Below are positions 39,504-49,502 of a stretch of DNA of 64,000 nucleotides, piece after piece. Location: positions 192,001 through 256,000 of the forward strand of contig CAXXGJ010000025.1 of NCBI GenBank assembly GCA_963677895.2. The letters are read 5' to 3'. The translations under genes and the position numbers were made by a program. The stretch comes from Treponemataceae bacterium. GTDB lineage: Bacteria > Spirochaetota > Spirochaetia > Treponematales > Rectinemataceae. The notes beneath the pieces were generated by a model. It did not search any database and was not told the DNA's origin. It saw nothing but the letters and a program-made list of their open reading frames with translations. Positions within the stretch are counted from its first letter, which is position 1, and each line of letters opens with the position of its first letter.

Positions 39504-41507
39504 TCAGAGAAGTTGTACCGGATCGATGTCAATTTCCAGGCGGACCGCGGATGGAGTCTTGTAGCCGCCGAGGAGGGAACGCATGGAGGCATGGAGCGTC
39601 GCGAGGCTTGCCGCCCGGAGAAGGATCTGCCAGCGGTACGAACCCGCTATCATGCCGAGGGCGCATTCGGCGGGGCCGAGGAGCTCCACATCGGCGGGGA
39701 GGGATGCCGCGCCTTTTCGCGCGAGCTCCCTCGCCGCTCCCACGCAATGGTCGCGGTCCCGCGATCGGACCACGATGCGCGCCATGCGGGAGAAGGGGGG
39801 AAAACCCTGGGCTTCCCGCAGGGCGAGTTCGCCCGAATAGAAGGCTTGCATATCGAGGGTCGAGGCCAGCCTGATCACGGGGTTTTCGGGTCTGAAGGTC
39901 TGGATGAAGACGCGGCCGTCGGGATCGTAGCGCCCCGCCCTGCCCGCCACTTGGACAATGAGCGAAAAGACGCGCTCGGCGGCACGGAAATCGGGCAGAT
40001 TGAGACCCGCGTCGGCAAGGACGACGCCTACCGTCTTCACACCGGGAAAATTCAGGCCTTTGGCGACCATCTGGGTGCCCAGGAGGATGTCGATTTTTCC
40101 GCTCCTGAATTCCTCAAGGGTCGATTCGAGGGAGCCTTTCTTCGATACGGTGTCGGCGTCCAGACGCCTGATGGTCCAGTCTGGAAACATTTCGGCGACT
40201 TCTTCTTCGATGCGTTCGGTTCCGAAACCGCGCCAGCCTATGTCGAGGGAATTGCATTCGGGACAGGCGCTCGGGGGTGTCGTCCGATAACCGCAGTAGT
40301 GGCAGATGAGTTGGTTCTGCTCTTTGTGGTAGGTGAGCGCGACCGAGCAATGTTTGCACTTGAGCTCGGCGCCGCAGGTGTTGCAGACGAAAAAGTGGGA
40401 AAATCCGCGGCGGTTCAAGAAGAGGATGGATTGCCGTCCCTCTGCCTTCGTTTCGATGAGCGCTTTTTTCAGCCTGTCGGAGATTGTCGAGGCTTCGGCT
40501 CTCATGTCGACGACTTCGATTTCCGGAAAATCCCCGCCGCCTGGGCGCTGGCTCAGGGTCTGGCGATTCATGGCGCCTGTCTCGCAGGAATGCCAGGCTT
40601 CGACTGAAGGGGTGGCGCTTCCCAGGATGAGCCGCGCCTTCTCCTTGCCCGCGCGGTACATGGCCACCTGGCGCGCGTGGTAGCGAGGGGCGTTGCCGGC
40701 TTTGTAACTGCCCTCGTGTTCCTCGTCGATGACGAGAAGTCCCAGGTTTTGGACGGGAGCGAAAATGGCGCTGCGCGCGCCGATCACCATATGGGCTTCT
40801 CCCTTGAGGATACGGCGCCACTCCGACAGTTTCTGCGACGGCGTCAGCCGCGAATGGATGACGGCGCAGTCGTCGCCGAAACGCTGCCTGGCCGAGCGGA
40901 TCACCTGGCCGGTCAGGGCTATCTCCGGCACGAGGTAGATGACGGAGCGCCCCGCCGCGAGCGTACGTTCGGCGGCCTGCAGGAAGACTTCCGTCTTGCC
41001 CGTCCCGGTAGGTCCGTAGAGGTAGGTGGTGCCCGATTCAGAAGCGAGAATCCCCTCAAGCGCCGCGCGCTGCTCTTCCATGAGGGGAAGCGCCTTGTCG
41101 CCGATCTGAAAATCCTCGATTTCGGCGGATAGCTGGAGGGTTTCCCGCCTCCCCGTCGGCAGCATGGAGCCCAGGGCTTCGCCCTGGGAACAGAAATACA
41201 TGCGCGCCACCCAGGAGGCCAGCTGGACCGTGGATTCGGCGAAAATCGCTTCGGTGTCGACGGCTCGCTTTATCGGCTTTACTAGGGTTGGATCGAGGGA
41301 GCAGGTCGGAGCCGTCTCGACGACGAAGCCGGCGAGTCCGCGCCTCCCGAAGGGAGCTTCGGCCCTGCATCCAATCCTCGCCGGCTTCTCGTCATTGTTT
41401 CTGTACCAATAGGTATCGTCGATGGGCAGGGGAAAGGCGATGCGCACATAGGCATCGGCGCGGTTTTCCGGTTCCGCCCGGTCAGGGCATTCTGCGGCTT
41501 CAGTCAT
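39504..41507 (-). CDS. priA: Primosomal protein N' (replication restart helicase)
   Basis: GPTGTGKTEVF, LVPEIALT, GARSAIFAP, DEEHE, NRRGF, four CxxC, GTQMVAKG, QVAGRAGR, DIDP. Confidence 0.97.
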   Translation of the reverse strand: MTEAAECPDRAEPENRADAYVRIAFPLPIDDTYWYRNNDEKPARIGCRAEAPFGRRGLAGFVVETAPTCSLDPTLVKPIKRAVDTEAIFAESTVQLASWVARMYFCSQGEALGSMLPTGRRETLQLSAEIEDFQIGDKALPLMEEQRAALEGILASESGTTYLYGPTGTGKTEVFLQAAERTLAAGRSVIYLVPEIALTGQVIRSARQRFGDDCAVIHSRLTPSQKLSEWRRILKGEAHMVIGARSAIFAPVQNLGLLVIDEEHEGSYKAGNAPRYHARQVAMYRAGKEKARLILGSATPSVEAWHSCETGAMNRQTLSQRPGGGDFPEIEVVDMRAEASTISDRLKKALIETKAEGRQSILFLNRRGFSHFFVCNTCGAELKCKHCSVALTYHKEQNQLICHYCGYRTTPPSACPECNSLDIGWRGFGTERIEEEVAEMFPDWTIRRLDADTVSKKGSLESTLEEFRSGKIDILLGTQMVAKGLNFPGVKTVGVVLADAGLNLPDFRAAERVFSLIVQVAGRAGRYDPDGRVFIQTFRPENPVIRLASTLDMQAFYSGELALREAQGFPPFSRMARIVVRSRDRDHCVGAARELARKGAASLPADVELLGPAECALGMIAGSYRWQILLRAASLATLHASMRSLLGGYKTPSAVRLEIDIDPVQLL

Positions 41508-42378
41508 GGTCGATCAGGTCGCGCAGCCGTTTCAGGTCTTCCCACGCGGGACGCTTAAGCGTCGGATCCCGGAGGAGGGCCGATGGATGGAAGCTGGCGA
41601 CGACGGGGATGCCTTCGTATTCATGCATTCTGGTCCTTAATCGGTTTATGCCTTCCGTCGTGGAAAGGAGGGCTTGGGCAGCCGTCCTGCCCGCGCAGAG
41701 GATGGCCTTGGGGGAAAGGAGGCGTATCTGCTGGCGCAGGTAGGGCATGCACGCGGCTCTTTCGTCGGGCGCCGGCTCCCTATTGTTGAGTGGTCTGCAT
41801 TTCACGATGTTGGCGATATAGCAGTTTTTCCGTCTGTCGAGTCCGATGGAGAAAAGCATTTTGTCGAGGAGTTGACCGGAAGCGCCGACGAAAGGGAGTC
41901 CCTGGTTGTCTTCCTCGGCTCCCGGGCCTTCGCCCACGACCAGGACCAGGGGTTTTGCGACGCCTTGGCCGAACACGACGTTTTTGCGCGTACTGGAGAG
42001 AACGCATCGCGCGCATATCAGGGCCTTTTCCCGCAAGGTTTCGAGCGTCTCGCCCTTATCGTCGGGTGCGGAGTTTTGTGCCGAGACGGAGGCTGCGGGG
42101 CTTGGCGCCGCTTCCGGCGCCGCACTCGACGAGGTTGCCGGCGCGGCTGCCGCGGGGTTTGAAGCTGCTTCCGGCGCGGCTGTCGACGCGGAGCGCAGTC
42201 TTTCCAGAAGTTCGCCGGAAGGCCGCTCGAGCCTCATGCCTGTCGACAGAGCGCTTCCGATAGTATCGAGGGATAGGAAGAGATCGGCCAGGTCGGGCGC
42301 CGCCGCACCTATATTCAGGTCGGGCGCCGTTGTCGCGGTCGGGCCTGGCGCGGTCCGGGAATTTTCATTGTCCATCAT
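41500..42378 (-). CDS. Uracil-DNA glycosylase family 4 with Ala/Pro-rich N-terminal linker
   Basis: CARCVL, VGEGPG.EED.QGLPFVG, NIVKCRP, FHPSALLR. Confidence 0.93.
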   Translation of the reverse strand: MMDNENSRTAPGPTATTAPDLNIGAAAPDLADLFLSLDTIGSALSTGMRLERPSGELLERLRSASTAAPEAASNPAAAAPATSSSAAPEAAPSPAASVSAQNSAPDDKGETLETLREKALICARCVLSSTRKNVVFGQGVAKPLVLVVGEGPGAEEDNQGLPFVGASGQLLDKMLFSIGLDRRKNCYIANIVKCRPLNNREPAPDERAACMPYLRQQIRLLSPKAILCAGRTAAQALLSTTEGINRLRTRMHEYEGIPVVASFHPSALLRDPTLKRPAWEDLKRLRDLIDHD

Positions 42379-44854
42379 GGGCGATCTCCGCTTTCATGCT
42401 CAATTTTTTCGTGCCGAAACGTCCGCTCGAAACCTTGATGGCGATCTCCCCTTCCCTGCCGACGGAAGCGATCCAGAAAGCGGCCGAACCGCCCAGGAAG
42501 CTGATTTCGGAGGGGCCGACCAACCTGCCAGCGCCGGACACTCCGATCCGCAGCGGTTCGAAGATAAATGAACAGGAATTGTCATACTGGTCGAGGACGC
42601 GCGCCGTGACGCGCTGGGTATCCCATTCGTCGCCGGGCCTGACATGGAGGACGGTTGCGTCGGCAGTCAGCTCAAGCCTGGAGGCGGAAGCGTCGGCGCC
42701 GAATCTCCTGCGCGCGACTTCGGCGCCATCGAGGATTCCGACCAGCTCGAAGACATCGTCGGGACAGCCCCAGGCCATTCCGTACTTCAGGATGAGGGCT
42801 TCGGCGTCCTTGAGTTTCATGCGCCGGCTGAGAGCGAGGCGGAGGAAGCGGAGCTTGTCGGTCGGCCGCAGGTTCGCGGCGCCCTTCTTCATGGCTTCCG
42901 ACGCCAGCGAGAGGAAAAGCTCCTTGTCTTTCGGGGCGAAGCCTTCATTGTCGAGCCGATCCCCGATGAAATCGACCATCGTCACGGGCGGATGTTCAAG
43001 GTGAGGATATGTTTTCCGGTCCGGCAGAAATCGCCCAACTTTCTCCCCGGAACGATAGAGATCGACGGCATCGCAATTGGTGTAGACCTCGACGGGCAAG
43101 GGCAGCATCGCGCTCCGCTCGCCCTTTGCGAAAAGTGTCGCCGGTTCGAGGATTATTTTTATTTTCGGATCAGCCTGGCTCGCGTAGAGCGCCGCCGCGT
43201 ACTTGGGCATCCTGAACATGTCGGCGACGCCGTGATAGCAGATCCTGTCGCCTGAACCGAAATCCTTGTGGGTATTGTAATCGAAGGCGCACCAGCCTAT
43301 GGCGCCGGAGACCGCGGAATCGCCCATCGCGGCATCGAGGACGCGCGCGTGTCGCCGGGCATGCTCCGCGAGCCGTTCTTCCTGGTCGTAGCGTTTTGTC
43401 GGGAACATGTGGCCGTTGTGTTCGGTTATGAGATAGGGCGCGTCCTTGCTCTTGCCCTTGACGGATGCCGGAGACGCGATCGCGAGCTTGCCGCCGTCAT
43501 GGGTGAAGTCGTTGTAGGTATAGACGTCTTCCAGAAGTCTGCTGCGCCAAAAATTGCGCACGCCGCCCCTCTGCCTGTCCGGGTCGAGGGCAGCGGCCAG
43601 CGCGTTGGTCCTCGCGTAAAGCTCGTCATCGTCCGGCGACTCGTTGACGCGGACGCCCCAAAGGATTATCGAGGGGTGATGCCTGTCGCGCCGGATGAGG
43701 TCTCCCAGGTCGGCCAGAGCCTGATCCTTCCATGCCGAGTCGCCGATATGCTGCCATCCGGGGAGTTCGGTCAGGACGAGGAGTCCCAGTTCATCGCAGG
43801 CGTCGAGGAAATGCCTCGACTGCGGATAGTGGCTGGTGCGCACGATGGTCAGTCCCAGCTCCCGCTTAAGGATTTCGGCGTCGCGGCGCTGCGCCCCCGG
43901 TCCCATCGCGTAGCCGACATAGGGCCAGGATTGGTGCCTGTTCAGGCCGCGCAGGAATACTTTTCTGCCATTTAAATAGAAGCCTTGTCCCGTAAAGCGC
44001 GCGTCCCTGAATCCAATGCGCTCTTTCAGGCTGTCCGCGTCATGGTCCCCGATCTGAAGGACCACTTCGAGATCGTAGAGTTCGGGCGAATCGATATCCC
44101 AAAGCTTTATTTCGCGCAGGCCGTCGAAATCGAGCTGAAGCTCTCTTTCCCACTCGGTTCCGGCGCCGGGAATTTCCTTCCGGGTTTCGGCTACGACCGC
44201 CCCATTCTTCGCGAGTCTGGCCACGATCTTCGCTCCCGACCAATCCGAGCCCCCCATCGTCACGTCAACGGAGAGTTGGGCTTCCTGGGCCGCCCCTTCG
44301 GATGCCGCCTTTTCGGACGCCTCCCCTTCCTGGGCCGTCCTAACCTGGGGACGGGCATGGATTCTTTCGATATACGCTTTTTCCTGTACGCGAAGATAGA
44401 CCGCCCGGTAGATTCCCCCATAAACGAGGTAATCCACGACGTTTCCGAAGGGGGGGATGCCCGGATTTTCCCGCGCGTCGACTTCCACGATAAGCCGGTT
44501 GAGGCCGTCGGGCTTTACCGCCTCGTCGATATTCACGGAGAAAGGCGTGTACGGCCCTGAATGGCTTCCCACTTTCCGTCCATTGAGCCAGATTTTGCAG
44601 GATACGGCGACTCCCTCGAAATCCAGGAAGATCCTTCCGCCCTCGGGAAGCTTGGGGGTTTCGAAGTCGCGACAGTAGCAGCCCTTCTTCTGATACGATC
44701 TTTCGTCGAAATGATTGAAGGGGAGTTCCAGCAGGCTATGAGGCAGGTCCACGTTTTCCCAATCGGCCGGGGAGAAAGAATCGCCCAGCCAGGATTCGTC
44801 CAGCGGGGAACCGAGGAATAGCCAGCCTGCCGAAAGGGGATAAATGCTGCGCAT
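42365..44854 (-). CDS. Glycoside hydrolase family 2 (beta-galactosidase-like)
   Basis: LDFEGV, YGGIYR, GLNRHQ, RTSHYP, WGVRVNE (acid/base), ITEHNG (nucleophile), IGWCAFDY. Confidence 0.92.
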   Translation of the reverse strand: MRSIYPLSAGWLFLGSPLDESWLGDSFSPADWENVDLPHSLLELPFNHFDERSYQKKGCYCRDFETPKLPEGGRIFLDFEGVAVSCKIWLNGRKVGSHSGPYTPFSVNIDEAVKPDGLNRLIVEVDARENPGIPPFGNVVDYLVYGGIYRAVYLRVQEKAYIERIHARPQVRTAQEGEASEKAASEGAAQEAQLSVDVTMGGSDWSGAKIVARLAKNGAVVAETRKEIPGAGTEWERELQLDFDGLREIKLWDIDSPELYDLEVVLQIGDHDADSLKERIGFRDARFTGQGFYLNGRKVFLRGLNRHQSWPYVGYAMGPGAQRRDAEILKRELGLTIVRTSHYPQSRHFLDACDELGLLVLTELPGWQHIGDSAWKDQALADLGDLIRRDRHHPSIILWGVRVNESPDDDELYARTNALAAALDPDRQRGGVRNFWRSRLLEDVYTYNDFTHDGGKLAIASPASVKGKSKDAPYLITEHNGHMFPTKRYDQEERLAEHARRHARVLDAAMGDSAVSGAIGWCAFDYNTHKDFGSGDRICYHGVADMFRMPKYAAALYASQADPKIKIILEPATLFAKGERSAMLPLPVEVYTNCDAVDLYRSGEKVGRFLPDRKTYPHLEHPPVTMVDFIGDRLDNEGFAPKDKELFLSLASEAMKKGAANLRPTDKLRFLRLALSRRMKLKDAEALILKYGMAWGCPDDVFELVGILDGAEVARRRFGADASASRLELTADATVLHVRPGDEWDTQRVTARVLDQYDNSCSFIFEPLRIGVSGAGRLVGPSEISFLGGSAAFWIASVGREGEIAIKVSSGRFGTKKLSMKAEIAHDGQ

Positions 44855-44871
44855 CGAGCCGCTCCTGGGAG

Positions 44872-46035
44872 TTATCCCGCCATCATCACCTGAACGATCT
44901 GGATAACGGGAAGGACAATGCAGACGACGATGAATACGATCTCCAGCGTGAGCATTCTCCGTTCCGCCGTATCGTTCTTGAGCAGTTCGTAGACATTCTG
45001 CAGGGCGTCGAGACGTTTGCCGACCGACACTTTCCAGCTTTCCGTATTGAAAATCGAACAGAGACGTTCATAAATGAGACCAAGGAAGTAATCGCCGATA
45101 ATTTTCGATGAATTGTCGAGGTTTTCCAAGGTGAATAACGCGTCGAAGCGCAGGGTCTGCAATTTTCCCAGCTTCATCTTCACCGCGCGCTGGCCGAAAC
45201 GCGTCTTGCCGCCGCTCAGGTATATCTTGCGGATATCCTTTTCGGCCTCGTCCAGCCAGTTATCCAGAAGCGAGTCCAAGGCGCGGAGCTCGATGAGGCG
45301 GTAATTGGCGTGTTCGGCGATGAGAAGCACGTCCTCGTAATCCCGCGAGGGATCGATGATGATGCAGCGGTCGAAGTCGAAGATGGCCAGGTCGTTCTTG
45401 CGATAGCTGTGCGGCTTTTCGAGGATCTGCTTGACTTGGCTGTCGTGGAGGACGCCCGGTTCCTCACCGGCGAGGAGGGCGGCCGCCACTTCCCTGTTCT
45501 GGTAGAGGAATTTCTCCGGACTATCGGCGGGGCAGTCCAGGATGCAGAAGGCGGTATAGGTTTCCCTGTCGAAGACCCAGTTTTCCTTAAGTCCCGTCAC
45601 GGCGTCTTTTATGGCGTTCACCACCATCTGGAAACTCGAATCGGCGAACTGTTCCAGGGATTCCGATCCGCTCACGTCGCTCACCGCGAGGTTGGCGTTG
45701 GAGGCGAGATTCTTGAAGGTAGAATGCGTCCTGTAGCGCACGACGAGGGTGAGGGCGCCATCGTCATAGATTTTCGCCAGGGCCGTGAATTTTTCGAAGC
45801 ATTTGGCGTCGCATTCTTCCGTGCTCAGCGTGAGGACGAGAGGCTTGGGAAGAGTGAGCGACGATGGCGTATCCCTGCGTTTGCCGAATCCTATGTCAGG
45901 ATAGGCCGGGATCTTCGAAGCGGCTTTCTTGAGATCGACCGAACGGCCTATGTCGTAAACATAGAGATGGACGATTTCAATCGGCAGTACCTGATCCTCA
46001 TCCGGTGGGACCTGATTCTCATCTTGGTCGCTCAT
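44872..46035 (-). CDS. Hypothetical protein with C-terminal TM helix (RMD1/DUF155-like)
   Basis: 387 aa, coupled to the PASTA gene; long helical C-half ending RLDALQNVYELL..RMLTLEIVFIVVCIV. Confidence 0.6.
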   Translation of the reverse strand: MSDQDENQVPPDEDQVLPIEIVHLYVYDIGRSVDLKKAASKIPAYPDIGFGKRRDTPSSLTLPKPLVLTLSTEECDAKCFEKFTALAKIYDDGALTLVVRYRTHSTFKNLASNANLAVSDVSGSESLEQFADSSFQMVVNAIKDAVTGLKENWVFDRETYTAFCILDCPADSPEKFLYQNREVAAALLAGEEPGVLHDSQVKQILEKPHSYRKNDLAIFDFDRCIIIDPSRDYEDVLLIAEHANYRLIELRALDSLLDNWLDEAEKDIRKIYLSGGKTRFGQRAVKMKLGKLQTLRFDALFTLENLDNSSKIIGDYFLGLIYERLCSIFNTESWKVSVGKRLDALQNVYELLKNDTAERRMLTLEIVFIVVCIVLPVIQIVQVMMAG

Positions 46036-47066
46036 TGGTTCTTTACCTCCGTTTTCGCGATCTCGCGATCGAGAACCGAAAGTACGAAGCTGCTGCCGGC
46101 GGGGAGCGAGAAAGGCATGCTGAAATTTCCGCCTGGATGTTTGAGCGAGGCGATGAGAACGCGTTGTCCCGCAGGCTTTATGGCCTCAAGCTTGACGGGT
46201 ACGAGATAGGGGTATTCGGGAAGCGTGTAGACATAGATTCCATTGATGATGTCCTGGGCGGGCGCGGGCGAGGAGAGCACGACCTTGATTCGGTCGCTCA
46301 CTTTAATCTCGGCGTCGGCTTTAGGCTGCTGTTCCACCACCTTGTTCTGGGCTTCGCCCGCTTTGGCTTGGCGCATGGAAAAATCCACGGTTAATGTCGT
46401 CTTCTCAGCGGCGGCGACCGCCGCGGACATGGAAAGACCCATGAAATCGGGAACCTGGGCCTTGAGGCTTTCCGGCCCCTTGCTGACGACGAGCTCGAGG
46501 ACGGTGGGTCCCGAGATCTGTTCGCCGGGCAGGGGTTTCTGCTCCAGGATGGTTCCGGCAGCCGAATCGTCGAAGCGGTAGACGGGCGGATCGCGCACGG
46601 TCACGAGAGGCTTGGAGGAGGAAAAGAGCGACTGAAGCTGGAGCTTCACCGTCTCGAGGTCCTGGCCGACGTAGTTTTCGATCTTGTCGAGCACGGCGCC
46701 CCTGCTGACGATCAGGTTGATCCTTCTTCCCGCCTTTACGATGCTCCCCGATCGGGGCGACTGCTCAAGGATGGTATTCTTGTCTAGGGGATTGTCGGTG
46801 AAACGGAGGGTAAGCCTTGGATATAGTTCCCTTTCCTGGAGCTTGACGAGAGCGTCGGCCAGCTCCATATCCCTCACGTCCGGAACCAGGACTTTTTCCG
46901 GTCCCTTCAATACGGCGAAGAAAACGATGACGGTGACAAGGAGCAGCGCGACGCAGAGCAGCGCGGCATAAAGAGAGAACGCCCTTTTCTGTTCCCTGGT
47001 CAAGGAGGAAAAATCAAAGCGCGGCAGCGCGAATTTTCTTCTAGGTTTCTTTTCGTTCTTTTCCAT
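46032..47066 (-). CDS. PASTA-domain membrane protein
   Basis: One TM and three repeats (VPDVRDM..EQSP..VSRG; ENYVGQ..EQKP..VSKGP; VPDFMG..EQQP). Confidence 0.9.
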   Translation of the reverse strand: MEKNEKKPRRKFALPRFDFSSLTREQKRAFSLYAALLCVALLLVTVIVFFAVLKGPEKVLVPDVRDMELADALVKLQERELYPRLTLRFTDNPLDKNTILEQSPRSGSIVKAGRRINLIVSRGAVLDKIENYVGQDLETVKLQLQSLFSSSKPLVTVRDPPVYRFDDSAAGTILEQKPLPGEQISGPTVLELVVSKGPESLKAQVPDFMGLSMSAAVAAAEKTTLTVDFSMRQAKAGEAQNKVVEQQPKADAEIKVSDRIKVVLSSPAPAQDIINGIYVYTLPEYPYLVPVKLEAIKPAGQRVLIASLKHPGGNFSMPFSLPAGSSFVLSVLDREIAKTEVKNQ

Positions 47067-47068
47067 TT

Positions 47069-48055
47069 CTAAAAATTTTCCTTAGCTTGTGTCGGCCGGC
47101 TGAACCGAAGGCCAGCCAGATTCCGCATTCCGTTGGCGAAGTCCTTGTATGGCAAGGCCTTGCGCGTCGAAAACTGGAGGCGTCTCAGGGCTATCCAGCC
47201 CTCGCCCGTCCTCACCATGATACCTTTGGCCTTATCCATTCCGATTATAGTGCCGGCGGTAACATTGGGCAATGCTTCGCCAGCCGGACGGAATTCTCCT
47301 TCGCCGAAGGACCTTGCCTCGAGAAGGTTGAGGCGCTGCCCCTCCAGATAGGTATAGGCGCCTGGCCAGGGGTCGAAGGCGCGGATACGGGCATCGATAT
47401 CGGCGGAAGGCAGATTCCAGTCGATGAGTCCGTCTTCCTTGGCGATTTTCCTGCAGTACGTCGGCGTTCCCGCCTGGGCGACTGCCGAGGCTTCCCCCGC
47501 TTCCATGGCTTCAAGAACATCCAGGGCGAGACGCGCTCCGATAGTCGCGCATTGTTCGGAAAGCGTCCCCGCCGTTTCCCTTCCGGTAAGGGTGATTTTC
47601 TCCACGGCGAAGAGATCGCCCGAATCCATCTCAGGGGCCAGTCCCTGGATGGATACGCCGGTTTCCGCATCTTTGTCGAGAATGGCCTGCTGGATCGGCG
47701 AGCTGCCTCGGTGTTTCGGAAGTAGGCTGGGGTGAATATTGATGCCGCCCCGGGGGAAGAGCGAGAGGAATTTTGGGCCGAAGATTTTTCCGTAGGCGAA
47801 GACCACGAGAATATCGGGATTCAAGGCGGCCACGGCCTCTCTTGCTTCCGCGCCGAGCTTCTCGAAGGCGAGAATGGGGATATCCCGGTTAAGGCTTTCG
47901 CGAGCCGCCGCCGCTACGGCGGTGGGAAGCACTTCCTTGCCTCTTCCCTGGGCCGACTCGGGATTCGTGAGGATACCGACGATCTGATGTCGCTCTGCGA
48001 TACCCAGGAGCGTGGGCACGGCAATGGCTGGGCTTCCCGCGAACAGTACCTTCAT
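47069..48055 (-). CDS. fmt: Methionyl-tRNA formyltransferase
   Basis: FAGSP, INIHPSLLPKHRGSSPIQ, MDSGD, IRAFDPWPGA; follows def. Confidence 0.96.
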   Translation of the reverse strand: MKVLFAGSPAIAVPTLLGIAERHQIVGILTNPESAQGRGKEVLPTAVAAAARESLNRDIPILAFEKLGAEAREAVAALNPDILVVFAYGKIFGPKFLSLFPRGGINIHPSLLPKHRGSSPIQQAILDKDAETGVSIQGLAPEMDSGDLFAVEKITLTGRETAGTLSEQCATIGARLALDVLEAMEAGEASAVAQAGTPTYCRKIAKEDGLIDWNLPSADIDARIRAFDPWPGAYTYLEGQRLNLLEARSFGEGEFRPAGEALPNVTAGTIIGMDKAKGIMVRTGEGWIALRRLQFSTRKALPYKDFANGMRNLAGLRFSRPTQAKENF

Positions 48056-48077
48056 GATTCCCCCCCGATTGTCGGAC

Positions 48078-48566
48078 CTATATCTTGATCATTCGTTTGT
48101 AATGCTGAAGTACTCTCTCCTTCTTGAAAGGCGTGATCCTGTCTATGAACAGCTTGCCCTGGAGATGGTCGTATTCATGGAGAATGACCCTGGCCAGGAG
48201 GCCGTCGGCTTCCACCGTGAAGGGCCTTCCTTTTTCATTGAAAGCCTGAATGCGCAGGGCGCTCGAACGCTTCACCACGAAATAGAGCCCCGGAAAGGAA
48301 AGACAGCCTTCCTCGTACTCGACTAGGTCGGGGCTTGTCATGACGATTTCCGGATTTATGAAGATCCGTTTCTTGTCATCGTCGACATTGGTCACGAATA
48401 CGCGTTTCGAAAGAGCTACCTGGGGAGCGGCCAAGCCGATCCCGTGGTCTCTTCTCATCACTTCGAACATTTCTTCGCAAAGAACGGCAAGATCCTCGCC
48501 GAACTCCGTGACGGGCTCGGCCGGTTTTTCCAGTATCGGATCGCCGTAGGTAACTACTTCAAGCAT
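48078..48566 (-). CDS. def: Peptide deformylase
   Basis: GIGLAAPQV, EGCLSFP, HEYDHLQG. Confidence 0.97.
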   Translation of the reverse strand: MLEVVTYGDPILEKPAEPVTEFGEDLAVLCEEMFEVMRRDHGIGLAAPQVALSKRVFVTNVDDDKKRIFINPEIVMTSPDLVEYEEGCLSFPGLYFVVKRSSALRIQAFNEKGRPFTVEADGLLARVILHEYDHLQGKLFIDRITPFKKERVLQHYKRMIKI

Positions 48567-48643
48567 AGATAGAACTCCAAATCTTTATATGCCTATAAGG
48601 TAAGGGCTTTGGGCCTCAGGGTCAAAGCCTGTATCTCTTATGA

Positions 48644-49135
48644 TCACTTGAGCTGGGGAATTTCGAACTTGTCCCCGATATTCAAGCCGACCCTCGTGAA
48701 CCAACCCTGGGGTACTTCGATGGCATAGCGCACGCTCCGCTCGGAGGGCTTAGGCTCCAGGGAAAAAGGGGTCAGGTCCAGGATCTGGAGAAGGGTGCCG
48801 TCCTTGCCCAAAAAGCCCAGGGAGAGCGGCAGGGAGGTATTTTTCATCCAGAAACTCACCTTCTGGTCGGATTCAAAGACGAAAAGCATGCCCTTGCCGT
48901 CGGCAAGGCTTTTTCTGAACATAAGGCCGCGGTTCCTCTCCAGCTCGGTATCAGCCACTTCCGCGATCAGCTGAACGTCGCCTGCCTTGAGCGTCACCGT
49001 TTCCAGCGCGGGATTGGGTTTGTTCGTATCCTGAGCGGACTGCGCCGTGCAGGAAACAGCCATCGCGGCAGCCATGGCTATCGCGGCCAACGTCGAGAAT
49101 AGCCTATGTTTTCGGCTTGTTTCGCTAAAGCGCAT
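48644..49135 (-). CDS. DUF192-domain lipoprotein
   Basis: Lipobox AVSC; EVADT..RGLMFR..GMLFVF..FWMKNT..YAIEV; SD AAGGAG before MRFSET. Confidence 0.9.
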   Translation of the reverse strand: MRFSETSRKHRLFSTLAAIAMAAAMAVSCTAQSAQDTNKPNPALETVTLKAGDVQLIAEVADTELERNRGLMFRKSLADGKGMLFVFESDQKVSFWMKNTSLPLSLGFLGKDGTLLQILDLTPFSLEPKPSERSVRYAIEVPQGWFTRVGLNIGDKFEIPQLK

Positions 49136-49182
49136 CGATTTTCTCCTTACCGGAATGGGCATAGCATACCTCGATTTCACAT

Positions 49183-49213
49183 AAAAAAAAAGGCCGCCCA
49201 AAGGACGACCTTT
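49183..49213 (-). terminator. Rho-independent terminator after rpsU
   Basis: Minus strand AAAGGTCGTCC-ttt-GGGCGGCCTTT running into a T9 tract. Confidence 0.8.
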
Positions 49214-49284
49214 CGTTTTACGGATTCGATATGGGAAAATTCCCCGCTCCGTGCCGATAAATTTGAGCCTATCGGCGAGAGTTT

Positions 49285-49497
49285 TTAGTATCCACCCTTG
49301 GAGTCGTGGGTCTTCCTGGTTTTCTTCATGAGCTTTCGGGCCAGGGCTTTCTGTTTGCGGTTTTTGATTGTGGAAGGTTTCTCGAAGTATTCCCGCTTTT
49401 TCCATTCGCGAATGATGCCCTCTTTTTCGACCATGCGCTTAAAGCGCTTAATCGCTTTCTCTAGGGGCTCGCCATCTTCAACTACGATTTGCCGGAT
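49285..49497 (-). CDS. rpsU: 30S ribosomal protein S21 (probable ATC start; alternative GTG at 49506)
   Basis: [33 protein letters not shown]. Confidence 0.95.
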   Translation of the reverse strand: MRQIVVEDGEPLEKAIKRFKRMVEKEGIIREWKKREYFEKPSTIKNRKQKALARKLMKKTRKTHDSKGGY

Positions 49498-49502
49498 AGT
49501 AA

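Noticed and set aside
42060..42200. Short repeats (AAPEAA twice) in udg; similar Ala/Glu repeats in GH2 near 44280-44340
   Set aside because: Ordinary low-complexity linkers, not a repeat array
49136..49405. N-terminal extension of the DUF192 ORF (253-aa call)
   Set aside because: It runs through rpsU and its terminator; a good SD and ATG lie at 49135
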